DNA from: Orbicella franksi
Lineage: Eukaryota
Direction of reading: 5' to 3'
NCBI GenBank assembly: GCA_964199315.1
Contig: OZ116705.1
Span: 27,838,001 to 27,902,000 of the forward strand
DNA length: 64,000 bases
Shown here: piece by piece, positions 51,137-63,199 of the stretch
Layout of the letters: each line of letters opens with the position of its first letter
How positions within the stretch are numbered: position 1 is the first letter of the stretch
Program-made: the position numbers and the translations under genes
Notes under the pieces: model-generated
Database searches by the model: none
The model's input: only the letters and a program-made list of their open reading frames with translations
What the model was told of the DNA's origin: nothing

Positions 51137-52484
51137 CATGTAACGGTAGGTTTTTCCTTGTGGGCGTACGGGAAAACGGGCGAACTTCGAACTTGAGATA
51201 CGAGACGACTGCGACGAAACTTGCGGGGAAAATTAGACTCAAACGGGGCACTCGCTTGCAAGGAAGAGCCGTTACACTCTAGGGTACCGGGATCTAACCA
51301 CGAACTGGACAGACAGCAACAACTCGGCTTGGTTCCAACAGCAATTTATTCTGAATTAGTTTGTAATCGAAAAAGCATAACAAGTTCGGTTGTTTATATA
51401 CGATTTGTACAAGCGTCTATTGTTAACAGAGTATAATAAGAGCGCAAACACCAGAATGTGAAAAGTGATTACAAGTCCTTTGAGGATAGCGCAACCTGAT
51501 AAAAATTCTAACTTAACTTTCCGAGTTATTGTTAAAAGTGTTCGTTGCTTGGCGGAGAAAGTTACAATTAAAATTATACTAAATTAAAACTACCGAACGA
51601 AATTAAAACTAGTGAATAGCTGATAAATTTTGAAGTGTTAACGAGCGGTTTCTTGCCGACCGATCGCACCTCAAATATATTAAGAAACTAAAACATTAAT
51701 TAAAGAAACTGGATATGTCAGCAAATATATTCACAATTAAAACGCCATAAGTCAGCGACCAACAGGTAGTTAATTAATCCTATTCAAGTGAACAACAGAG
51801 GCGAGATCGGCAAGAGACTCATTTAGTAAAACACTCCGAAAACTAAATTAAATACTGAGAATATGTAACACATTTTAGAAATGCGACAAGCGCGGAACTC
51901 TTAAGTAATTAGCTACGGTAATAAACCAAAACAACCGCTATTACTAAAAATAAGTGACACAAAAAGTTCGGAAGTTAAAAGAACCAGCTATTATTTTAAA
52001 TCACGCCTTTTTGTAATTTCGAATATTACATGAACAAAATAATAGTTCAACAGGTTATTTTTGGCCAAATAGGTGCTGTTGGCTTTTGTGTGTATTCTTT
52101 TAACATGCTAACTATGGAAACATCAAATTGAATAAATATAATTTCAACAAGCGAAGCGAATCCCAAAATGTAGTTACACAAAGCGAAGGGAATCCTAAAT
52201 ATAGTTAAACAAAGCGAAGCGAACCCTAAAATAGCTAATACTAAAATTAAGCGAAAAGACTATACGTTTAGGTGAATAATCAATACTAAATTGTGAAGAG
52301 GCAAAACACAATTATCCTGTTGCATGAAACGAATAAACTGACTAAGAAAGAGATATACAGCTGACAATACGCAGCAAAACGAGATATAATGTTCTTACGG
52401 TGAATTTCCAAAGTTCCTTACAATTTCCTGGTAACACTCATACGGCCTTAATTTGAGCCGTCCGCGGCGATTTGGAGATGGGAG

Positions 52485-53009
52485 TTAGGCCAAATGTTGG
52501 TCCTCCATCCATCTGGCAAAGGCCAAGGCCTTGGAAACGGTGGTGGCCGTTTCGTCGGGGTTTAGCCCTGTGAGACATCGAGCAGGGGGGCAATCAAGGT
52601 CCTCCAAGTTTTTGACCAACAGGGGGACTGGCACCGGCGCCAGGGCTAAGGACAGCGTGGAGAAGCGAGTTAACATTTCGTGGCCTTTCGTCTAAAGAAC
52701 GATCGACGTAGGTACTGGGTGCCCCACTTCCAATGCGTTGAGAAGCGCATCCTGCAAGAAAGTCAGGAGCGCTGTTTCAACGGCACATTGTGGCAATCCA
52801 GCGGAGTTTAGGTGCCAGCCGTGTTGTGCGGACTGGACTCAGTAGGTCAGTAAGTGATCGGGGTCGTGAGCCAAGAGGTCAGTCGACTCAAATCGGCGTA
52901 GCTGATACAAACCGGTCCTCATGTCGACTAACACCAACGCCTTGTAGAAAAAATCTCCACCGGCATGGTGAAAGCCATCGGCCTGGGCGATGATTGGTAA
53001 ACAAGCCAT
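52485..53009 (-). pseudogene. Divergent DEDD/DnaQ-like ORF (stops and frameshift)
   Basis: MACLPIIAQADGFHH..FFYKALV..GWHLNSAGLP..TKG..KNLEDLDCP..KALAFARW. Confidence 0.7.
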
Positions 53010-53376
53010 GGGTGTAAAAAGAGAACACTTGAATACACAAGGACAGGAACTAACGATTCTGGCGAGATCAGGAACAATTGTGGAAAGCCTCGACAAGATC
53101 TGTGGTTTTATAGCGGTTAATTTGAAGGTTACAAAATAGGACCAAATTGCAAGCAAGGATAGACAAAGGCTTGGCCAGGGACTGATACCCTGCCACATAC
53201 AGAAGTTCAATCTCTTCGCAAGTCTTTGGACTTCTACAGGTTGCCTCGTCCATCATGTAATGTAGCAGATATGGGGTTAAATAATCTTCCAAGATAAGAT
53301 ACTGGGCCACAGTGCAGATTTTTGATTTTTTAAATGGAACCAAAAAAGGGAAGTTCACAATTAGGTTTTGCTCCAA
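53010..53376 (-). pseudogene. C-terminal half of a divergent BTB-like ORF copy
   Basis: ICTVAQYLILEDYL..LYVAGYQSLAK..PQIL..IVPDL. Confidence 0.65.
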
Positions 53377-54568
53377 GACACAACACAGCTTCTTGTCTGT
53401 ACTCTGTTCTATGAATAGTCACAAGTTTTTTCCTGGAAAAAAAGGGCATGTAAAAATTACATAGTTAATTACCAGCCTAGATTTGGATAAGTGAGTGGGG
53501 TTGGAATTTTGAGGGGACTGCATTCATTTAGATTGTGAATGTAGCTAATTTCCCTCTCTCAAGTTATGTGTTTATTGCTTGAGGTATCATTGGAATTAAT
53601 GCCAACAAATTTGATGACCATACTGCTGGCCTTATCACTACATGATCAGCTATCGTAGAAGAGTTCTTCCGTGGTGTGATCTTGAGGCACTCCAGGAGAA
53701 GTCAACGAAAACCTGTGGACATAGAGTCGGTGCTATGCTGCGAATTCACTGTCATTGCCATCCCAAACTTCGTCAGCTAGAATCTGCAGGGCCATTGTAT
53801 TCCCTTTTTTAACTGCCTTGCTGGCTGGCTTTCGAGGGATCAGAACATAGATTTTAATAATAAAAAGAATGCGAATGACCTGATAGCTATTTGTCTTCAA
53901 AATGAAAATTAGTGAAACGTCATTGCACACGTTCAGGTGTACAAACAATCGGCAATGTACAAAAAAGAATTCCTAGTTGTTAACTGTAAAGGAGCTCCTG
54001 TTGGCTTTTCTATATTTTCTTGTCGGTTATAATGTTTCCTTAAAGCTATTACATGCATTCTGAATCCTAACAATGAACAGATTGGTGAACAAAACTAGAA
54101 ACAACAAGTTCCCTATCACTAAACCAAAATACATTTTAAAGGCTTGGAAGCAAGCAACTCACAATATTTCAAAAACGACACTAAATATTAACTTAAAATA
54201 ATAATAATGCGGTCACGGTAAAGAACGGTTGAAACTACTTCACCTCTTGCTCTGTAGCACTCCTCCCACCTTAATTCGAGACCTCCGGGCAGGACAAAGA
54301 ACAGAATTAAGAGTTCAAAGTTCCTTGTACAGCCGTAGATGTTTACCTCGAGAGGTCCTTGGCCTTTAACGGGTTTGCCTTCCAACTGGGTCGCTATCCA
54401 GCCCCTCCGTTAGCAGCCAGGTGCTGAAGAGTCCGGCCTTTTCCTGGGTGAAGAGCGGTCCAGGATCTGCAGGTTCCAGCTGCTTGGCTGTGTGGCAAGC
54501 CACGCCCTCCAAGTTACGGACTAGGAATGGGCAGGGCAAACCAGGGACATTGACAAGGTGCATTACTA

Positions 54569-54891
54569 ACAATAACAATAACAATAACATTTATTATTTG
54601 TATTGCGCCTTTTCTATAAAATACTCAAAAGCGCATCACAAAAGTAATTAATAACTAAAATTTTACAAATCTTCCTATCAGAATCATAAAAAATATTTAA
54701 TTAAATGGGTAAAAGATAATTACAAATGAAGATATAGATATGCTAAGATAACTGAAATGATTCCTTAAATAAAAATGTCTTAATTAAAGTCTTAAAAGAT
54801 TCTAAGCTCGTTGCTTCGCGCGCAGACCTTGGCAGCTTATTCCATAGGAAAGGAGCAGCTACCTGGAAAGCTCTGTCTCCCAATGTTTACC
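54569..54891 (-). mobile_element. 5'-truncated L2/CR1-type LINE inserted in a DEDD-like ORF
   Basis: RAFQVAAPFLWNKLP..SLESFKTLIKTFLF RT C-terminus, (TTGTTA)n tail, TACTA duplication at 54564-54568 and 54962-54966. Confidence 0.8.
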
Positions 54892-56462
54892 AGAAGTTGT
54901 CATTTCCAACTTGGAAACCGTCGCATTCCACAACGAACGAAAGAGCGGACATTGTTGAAAATACTAGTGATGTCTTTTGCATACCTTTCACCCACATGAT
55001 AACCTGGGCTGGAGCAACATCTCCCCGTTCGGACAGGTCATAAAACGCCCCCAGGACGGCATGCATTAGCACTGGATGGGCCATTGCCTGTGCGAGGCCT
55101 GCCGAGGCCAGGGCGAGACCATGATGTAATGTCTGGAATCAATATGTCCGTAAGGCGTCTGGTCCTTTGGACAGTAGTGAGTTAGTGTAGAAGATATGGT
55201 AATAAGTCGTCCTCGTACGGCCCCAAACCACGGCCAGGCACTTTAAGGAGAAGTTGTCATTTCCAACTTGGAAACCGTCGCATTCCACAACGAACGAAAG
55301 AGCGGACACTGTTGAAAATACCGAGATAACACGGATGAAATAGCGGTGTCAAGAGAAAAAAAGTGAAAGTGATCTCAAATGGACCCGATTTTATAGGGGA
55401 TGTAAGGTTTGGACATGAATAGGTGAAAATGAATACAATACACATGAATAGGAGAGCAGATACTCAACACAGAAACCGAAAAGTTTAATTTACAAGTAGA
55501 TATGAAAATTTTAGGAACTGCAGCTGAACTGAGGGAACACGTGGATAAGGCGCACTTCCACACACAAAATGAGGGCAAAAGAAATAAATAAAAGAACCTA
55601 AGGCAAAATTTTTTTTGGCCCAACGGAATTTCCACATATTTAGGAAATTGGTGTGACTAACAGAAAGGGAACATTATCCCATAAATAGAAAGTAATAAAA
55701 CTCCATTACTAAAAAATAGTTCAGCTGGCTAACTTCCGAGGAAACTAATAAAACTTCATTACTGAAATATAGTTCAGCTGGCTAGCTTCCGAGCAAGCGG
55801 AAATTAGATATTAGTAACGAAAAGAAACTCTAATGACCTGATAACGACCTTTTTTTCTTCTAAATGAGAGTCAGTGAAATGGCATTGTATATGTTCAGGT
55901 GTACAAAGAATTGGCAATGTACAAAGAAAAATGATGACTTAAGATTTCTAGTTGTTAACTGTAAAGCTTGTTGAAGCGACCTTTGGGGAAATTAGCTGAT
56001 CACTCCAACACTCTTTGTTTGGTTGCTTCTCTTTTTATTTCCACTATTGATGACTTGGGTACAATACTCACAACGTTCTCTTACTTGTTGCTCTTGACTG
56101 GTTACAGCAATTACTACAACTACAAGGAGTTAATTCGTCACGTTCCTTTTAAATGGACAACCACGTCATCCATCAATTCAATGTCAATCTGTCAATTAGG
56201 CTAACGTAATATCATGCGCAGTTCAAATAAGGTTCTATTGCGACTGCGCACCAAGCTACTTAGCATATTTTCCTTCGAGGTTATTGAGGTTGACTAAAAC
56301 GTTTTCTACCTTGATTTTAACCGACTATTCTAAAGTGGCTGACCTAAATAAGGTAACGTGAGCAATATAAAAGTTACAATCTTCGTTCTTACCGATTAAA
56401 AGTTTAGGATAACACTAAGTTGAAAGATAAACGTTGTTGTTAAATATTTCATACAACATAAG

Positions 56463-57230
56463 TGTTACAAGAAATAGGTTTACAAACTCCCAGCTTCGTG
56501 AGCGGGATTTCCAGTTAAAACTATCCATCTCATTAACTGGACGTGCTCTTGGTACAAACATCCTCTAATGAGGTGCCGCTGCTATTGTTAGGAATCTTTT
56601 CTTTATTTGGGTAGAAGTGTGAATTAGGAATAAATTAATTTAAACATCACTATCAAACTCCCTGAAAAGGTCAGTAAAAGGGGCAAGGTTTGACTGAAAA
56701 ATTGGACAGGAGACTGAAAATAAGTTAAGGAGTCTAACGCGACTAATTCCAAAAAGAGCGCTTCCAAAATCCAGATTTCAATTTTTACTTCATTTTTTCG
56801 ATCGACACCCGCGAGTAAACAAACGAGTTGCTGGACAACGCAGCTAAACCGAAAACATGCAGTGCAGCAACGGTGCTCGCAGAAAATGAATCTACCAAGG
56901 CATCCTACCAAGAATCGGCTACAAATTATTGAAGTAGACACTACATTTTCAAAATAGTTAGATTACATGGCACCATTTCCAGTTTAACAACGGTCAAGTA
57001 ATTTACGCATATTTCACTGAAGAACTAGTTCCTAGGAAACGCAGCACCTGCGTACACATCAACAACGATAAGAAAGGCAACATTTTTTACACACCTAAAA
57101 TATTCCAATATTATATTTCGAATGACCCAACACCTATTTCTCAAAACATTACCATTAACTTTTTAGCCATTATCACAACGAATAAATATGGTTGGGAATT
57201 TATATCTTGTTTGCATTTTTATTGTTTTAC
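56463..57230. mobile_element. LTR-like repeat, paralog of 29448-30005 with about 200 bp extra inside
   Basis: Shared tgttacaagaaataggttt...gggaatttatatcttg. Confidence 0.6.
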
Positions 57231-57477
57231 TCCTGTTGGCTTTTCTATATTTTCTTGTCGGTTATAATAATACTACCTGAAAGTGATTACATGTATTCTA
57301 AATCCTTACAATGAATATATTGGTGAACAAAACTAGGAACAACGAGTTCATTATTACTAAACCAAAATAGATTTGAAAGGCTTGGAAGCGAGCAATTCAC
57401 AATATTTCCACAACAATACTCCATATTAACTTAAAATAATAATAATGTGGTCACAGTAAAGAATGGTTGGGACTACT

Positions 57478-58146
57478 TTACCTAGTGCAGTGTAGCATTC
57501 TTCCCACCTTAACTCGAGACCTCTGGGCGAGGCAAAGAATGGAATTAAGAGTTCTAAGTTCCTTGTAAAGCCATAGATGTTTACCTCGAGAGGTCCCTGG
57601 CCTTGAAAGGGTTTGGTTTCCAACTGGGTCACTATCCAGCCCCTCTCTTAGCAGCCAGGTGCTGAAGAGTCCGGCCTTTTCCTGCGTGAGGAGCAATCCA
57701 GGATCTGCAGGTTCCAGCTGCTTGGCTGCGTGGCAAGCCACGTCCTCCAAGTTACGGACTAGGAATGGGCAGGGCAAACCACGGACGTTGACAAGGTGCA
57801 TGACTAGTGATGTCTTTTGCATACCTTTTACCCAGACGATAACCTGGGCTGGGGCGAAATCTCCCCATTCGGGCAGGTCGTAAAATGCCTCCAGGATGGC
57901 ATGCATTAGCACTGGACAGGCCTTTGCCTGTGGGAGGTCTGCCGAGGCCAGGGCGAGACAATGGTGCAACATCTGGAATTGATAGGTCCCTAAGGCGTCT
58001 GGTCTTTTGGACAGTGGTGAGTTAGTGTCGAAGATATAGTAATAAGTCGTCCTGGTACGGCCACAAGCCACAGCCAGGCAGTTTAAGAAGTTGTCATTTC
58101 CATGTTGGAAACCATTGCATTGCACAATGAATGAAAGAGCGGACAA
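57478..58146 (-). CDS. Only uninterrupted DEDD-like reading frame in the array (starts at TTG, several D-to-N changes)
   Basis: Within ORF 57478-58275; the start codon aligns with ATG in the other copies. Confidence 0.45.
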   Translation of the reverse strand: MSALSFIVQCNGFQHGNDNFLNCLAVACGRTRTTYYYIFDTNSPLSKRPDALGTYQFQMLHHCLALASADLPQAKACPVLMHAILEAFYDLPEWGDFAPAQVIVWVKGMQKTSLVMHLVNVRGLPCPFLVRNLEDVACHAAKQLEPADPGLLLTQEKAGLFSTWLLREGLDSDPVGNQTLSRPGTSRGKHLWLYKELRTLNSILCLAQRSRVKVGRMLHCTR

Positions 58147-61100
58147 TGTTGAAAACACATGAAATAGTGGCATCAAAAGCAAAAAAATTAAAAGTGACTT
58201 GGTCTCAAATGGACCCGATTTTACAGGGGATGTAAGGTTGGGGCATGAATAGGGGAAAATGAATACAATACACATGAATAGGAGAGCAGATGCTCAACAC
58301 AGAAACTGAAAAGTTTAATTCACGGGTAAATATTAAAATTGTAGGAACTGCAGCTGAACTGAGAGAACACGTGGATAAGACACACTTCCACACACAAAAT
58401 GAGGGCAATAGAAATAAACAAACGTAAAGCAATATTTTTTTTTGGCCCAACGGAATTTCCACATATTTAGGAAATTGGTGTGACTAACAGAAAGGGAACA
58501 TTATCCCATAAATAGAAAGTAATAAAACTCCATTACTAAAAAATAGTTCAGCTGGCTAACTTCCGAGGAAACTAATAAAACTTCATTACTGAAATATAGT
58601 TCAGTTGGCTACCTTCCGAGGAAATGGAAGGTACATATTAGTAATGAAAGGAAACTCTAATGACCTGATAACGACCTTTTTCTTTTCTAAATGAAAGTTA
58701 GTGAAACGGCATTGCACATGTTCAGGTGTACAAAGAATCGGCAATGTACAAAGAAGAATGATAACTTAAGATTTCTAGTTGTTAACTGTAAAGGAGCTCC
58801 TGTTGGCTTTTCTATATTTTCTGTTCGGTTATAATAATACTACCTGAAAGTGATTACATGTGTTCTAAATCCTAACAATGAATATATTGGTGAACAAAAC
58901 TAGGAACAGCGAGTTCCCTATCACTAAACCAAATTACATTTTAAAGGCTTGGAAGCGAGCAATTCACAATATTTCCACAACAACACTAAATATTAACTTA
59001 AAATAATAATAATGCAGTCGCGGTAAAGAACGGTTGAAACTACTTCACCTCTTGCTCCTTAGCACTCCTCCGACCTTAATTCGAGACCTCCGGGCAGGGC
59101 AAAGAACAGAATTAAGAGTTCAAAGTTCCTTGTAAAGCCGTAAATGTTTACCTCGAGAGGTCCTTGGCCTTTAACGGGTTTGCCTTCCAACTGGGTCGCT
59201 ATCCAGCCCCTCCGTTAGCAGCCAGGTGCTGAAGAGTCCGGCCTTTTCCTGGGTGTAGAGCAGTTCACGATCTGCAGGTTCCAGCTGCTTGGCTGCATGG
59301 CAAGCCACGTCTTCCAAGTTATGGACTAGGAATGGGCAGGGCAAGCCAGGGACATTGACAAGGTGCATTACTAGTGATGTCTTTTGCGTACCTTTCACCC
59401 ACATGATAACCTGGGCTGGGGCAACATCTCCCCGTTCAGATAGGTCGTAAAACGCCCCCAGGACAGCATGTATTAGCACTGGAGAGGCCATTACGTGTGC
59501 GAGGCCTGCCGAGGTTAGGGCGAGACCATGGTGTAATGTCTGGAATCAATATGTCCGTAAGGCGTCTGGTCCTTCGGACAGTAGTGCGTTAGTGTTGAAG
59601 ATATGGTAATAAGTCGTCCTCGTACGGCCACAAGCCACGGCCAGGCACTTTAAGGAGAAGTCGTCATTTCCATGTTGGAAACTGTCATATTCCACAACGA
59701 ACGAACTAGCGGACATTGTTCAAAATACAGAGATAACACGGATGAAGTAGTGGTGTCAAGAGAAAAAAAATTGGAAGTGACTTGATCTCAAATGGACCCG
59801 ATTTTATAGGGGATGTAAGGTTTGGACATGAATAGGGGAAAATGAATACAATACACATGAATAGGAGAGCAGATACTCAACACAGAAACCGAAAAGTTTA
59901 ATTTGCGAGTAGATATAAAAATTTTACGAACTGCAGCTGAACTGAGGGAACACGTGGATAAGGCACACGTCCACACATAAAATGAGGGCAAAAGAAATAA
60001 ACGAACGTAAAGCAAGAATTTTTTTTTGGGCCCAACGGAATTTCCACATATTTAGGAAATTGGTGTGACTAACAGGAAGGGAAAACTATCCCATAAATAG
60101 AGAGTAATAAAACTCCATTACTAAAAAATAGTTCAGCTGGCTAACTTCCGAGGAAACTAATAAAACTTCATTACTGAAATATAGTTCAGCTGGCTAGCTT
60201 CCGAGGAAACGGAAGGAAGATATTAGTAATGAAAAGAAACTCTAATGACCTGATAACAACCTTTTTTTCTTCTAAATGAAAGTTAGTGAAACGGCATTGC
60301 ACATGCTCAGGTGTACAAAGAATCGGGAATGTACAGAGAAGAATAGTAACTTAAGATTTCTAGTTGTTAACTGCAAAGGAGTTCCTGTTGGCTTTTCTAT
60401 ATTTTCTTGTCAGTTATAATAATACTACCTGAAAGTGATTACATGTATTCTAAATCCTAACAATGAATATATTGGTGAACAAAACTAGGAACAGTGAGTT
60501 CCCTATGACTAAACCAAAATAGATTTGAAAGGCTTGGAAGCGAGCAATTCACAATATTTCCACAACAATACTCCATATTACCTTAAAATAATAATAATGT
60601 GGTCGCAGTAAAGAATGGTTGGGACCACTTTACCTAGTGCAGTGTAGCATTCTTCCCACCTTAACTCGAGACCTCTGGGCGAGGCAAAGAATGGAATTAA
60701 GAGTTCTAAGTTCCTTTTAAAGCCATAGATGTTTACCTCGAGAGGTCCTTGGCCTTGAAAGGGTTTGCTTTCTAACTGGGTCACTATGCAGCCCCTCCGT
60801 TAGCAGCCAGGTGCTGAAGAGTTCAGCTTTTTCCTAGCTGAGGAGCAATCCAGGATCTGCAGGTTCCAGCTGCTTGTCTTTGGGGTAAACCACGTCCTTC
60901 AAGGTATGGACTAGGAATGGGCAGGGCAAACCAGGAACGTTGACAAGGTGCATGACTAGTGATGTCTTTTGCGTACCTTTCACCCAGATGATAACCTGGG
61001 CTGGGGAAACATCTCCCCGTTCAGGTAGGTCGTAAAACGCCTCCAGGACGGCATGCATTAGCACTGGACGGGCCATTGCCTGTGGGAGGCCTGCCAAGGC

Positions 61101-63199
61101 CAGGGCGTGACCATGGTGCAACACCTGGAATCGATAAGTCCGTAAGGCGTCTGATCTTTTGGGCAGTAGTGAGTTAGTTTCGAAGATATGGTAATAAGTC
61201 GTCCTGGTACGGCCACAAGCCACAGCCAGGCACTTTAAGAAGTCGTCATTTCCATGTTGGAAACCATCGCATTCCACAACGAACGAAAGAGCGGACATTG
61301 TTGAAAACACAGATGAAATAGTGGCATCAAGAGCAAAAAATTGAAAGTGACTTGGTCCCAAATGGACCCGATTTTATAGGGGATGTAAGGTTTGCACATG
61401 AATAGGGGAAAATGAATACAATACACATGACCAGGAGAGCAGATACTGAACACAGAAACCGAAAAGTTTAATTTACGAGTAGATATGAAAATTTTACGAA
61501 CTGCAGCTGAACTGAGGGAACACGTAGATAAGGCACACTTCCACACAAAGTGAGGGCAAAAGAAATAAATAAATAAAAGAACCTAAGGAAAAATTTTTTT
61601 GGGCCCAACGGAATTTCCACATATTTAGGAAATTGGTGTGACTAACAGGAAGGGAACATTATCCCATGAATACAAAGTAATAAAACTCCATTACTAAAAA
61701 ATAGTTCAACTAGCTAACTTCCGAGGAAACTAATAAAACTTCATTACTGAAATATAGTTCAGCTGGCTAGCTTCCGAGCAAACGGAAGGTAGATATTAGT
61801 AATGAAAAGAAACTCTAATGACCTGATAACGACCTTTTTTTCTTCTAAATGAAAGTTAGTGAAACGGCATTGCACATGTTCAGGTGTGCAAAGAATCGGC
61901 AATGTACAAAGAAGAATAATAACTTAAGATTTTTAGTTGTTAACTTTAAAGGAGCTCCTGTTGGGTTATCTATATTTTCTGGTCGGTTATAATAATACTA
62001 CCTGAAAGTGATTACATGTATTCTAAATCCTAACAATGAAAATATCGGTGAACAAAACTAGGAACAACAAGTTCCCTATTACTAAACCAAAATAGATTTG
62101 AAAGGCTTGGAAGCGAGCAATTCATAATATTTCCATAAAAACACTTAATATTAACTGAAGACAATAACAAGAACGGTTGGGACTACTTCGCCTATTGCTT
62201 CGTAGCATTTCTCCCACCTCTCGAGACCTCTGGGTGAGGTGAAGAACAGAATTAAGAGTTCTAAGTTTCTTGTAGATGGTTACCTGTGGAGAACAGTCTT
62301 TTTCCTCAGGGGGATATCCGGCCGACGTGATCGCAGTCCAGCCCCTCACTGAGCAGACAAGTACTGAGAAGACGAGCCTTCTCCTGGGTGAGAAGTGGGC
62401 CAGGATCCGTGGGCATCAACTGTTTGGCTGTTGGGCAAGCCACATCCTCTAACTTCCGAACGACGAACGGGCAGGGCAACCCAGGGACATTGACAATGTT
62501 CGTGACGAGGGTGGTCTTTTCCTTACCCTTCACTGAGATGAGAACTTGGGCTGGTGCAAGATCTCATTCTGACAGGTTGATAAACACCTTCAGGACCTCA
62601 TGCATTAGGACGGAAAGGGCCATTTCTTGTGGGAGGCCTGCCGATGCCAGGGCTAAACTATGGTGCCTTGTCTGATACCAAAACGTCCTTAATGCTTCGG
62701 ATCCTCTGGACAGCAACAACGTGGTGTCAAAGAGGCGAAAGTACATGGTCCGCAGGGCCACAAGACACTGCCAGGCACTTCACTGAGAAGTCCCCATCTC
62801 CCTGCTGAAAACCGTCACATTCCACGACGAATGACAGAGCTGACATTGTTGAATTACAGTAACAGATGAAATAGCAGCGTAGAGAACGAAGAAATTGATA
62901 GTGACATAGGTCTCAAATGAACGCAAGTTTTATGGGGGAAGTAAGGTTTGGGCATGAATGGGGGAAAACGAATACAATACACATGAATAGGGGAGCAGAT
63001 GCTGAACAAAGACACTGAAAAGTTTAATTTGCGAGTAGATATAAGAATTTTACGACCTGCATGAACACGTTGATAAGGCACACTTCCACACATAAAAGGA
63101 GGGCAAAGGAAATAAATGAATAAAAGAACGTAAAGCAGTATTTCTTTTAGAGCTTAAGAGGTTGAGGTTGACTGAGAGGCTAGAGAAATGGTTTTCCAC

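Larger units (their letters stand above)
53880..63060 (-). repeat. Tandem array of five ~1.57 kb units, each with a DEDD-like ORF
   Basis: Marker ggcttggaagc at about 54141, 57381, 58947, 60531 and 62105; ORFs at 54366-55309, 57478-58146, 59171-59716, about 60630-61298 and 62306-62846. Confidence 0.95.

Noticed and set aside
51138-51277. 140-bp TGTAACGG...CCGTTACA segment as a complete LTR
   Set aside because: It has inverted ends but no adjacent PPT or PBS and no second copy in the window; left unresolved.
53880-63060. CRISPR-like or prokaryotic defence interpretation of the repeat array
   Set aside because: Units are 1.57 kb with no short repeat-spacer structure, and the context is intron-containing eukaryotic DNA.
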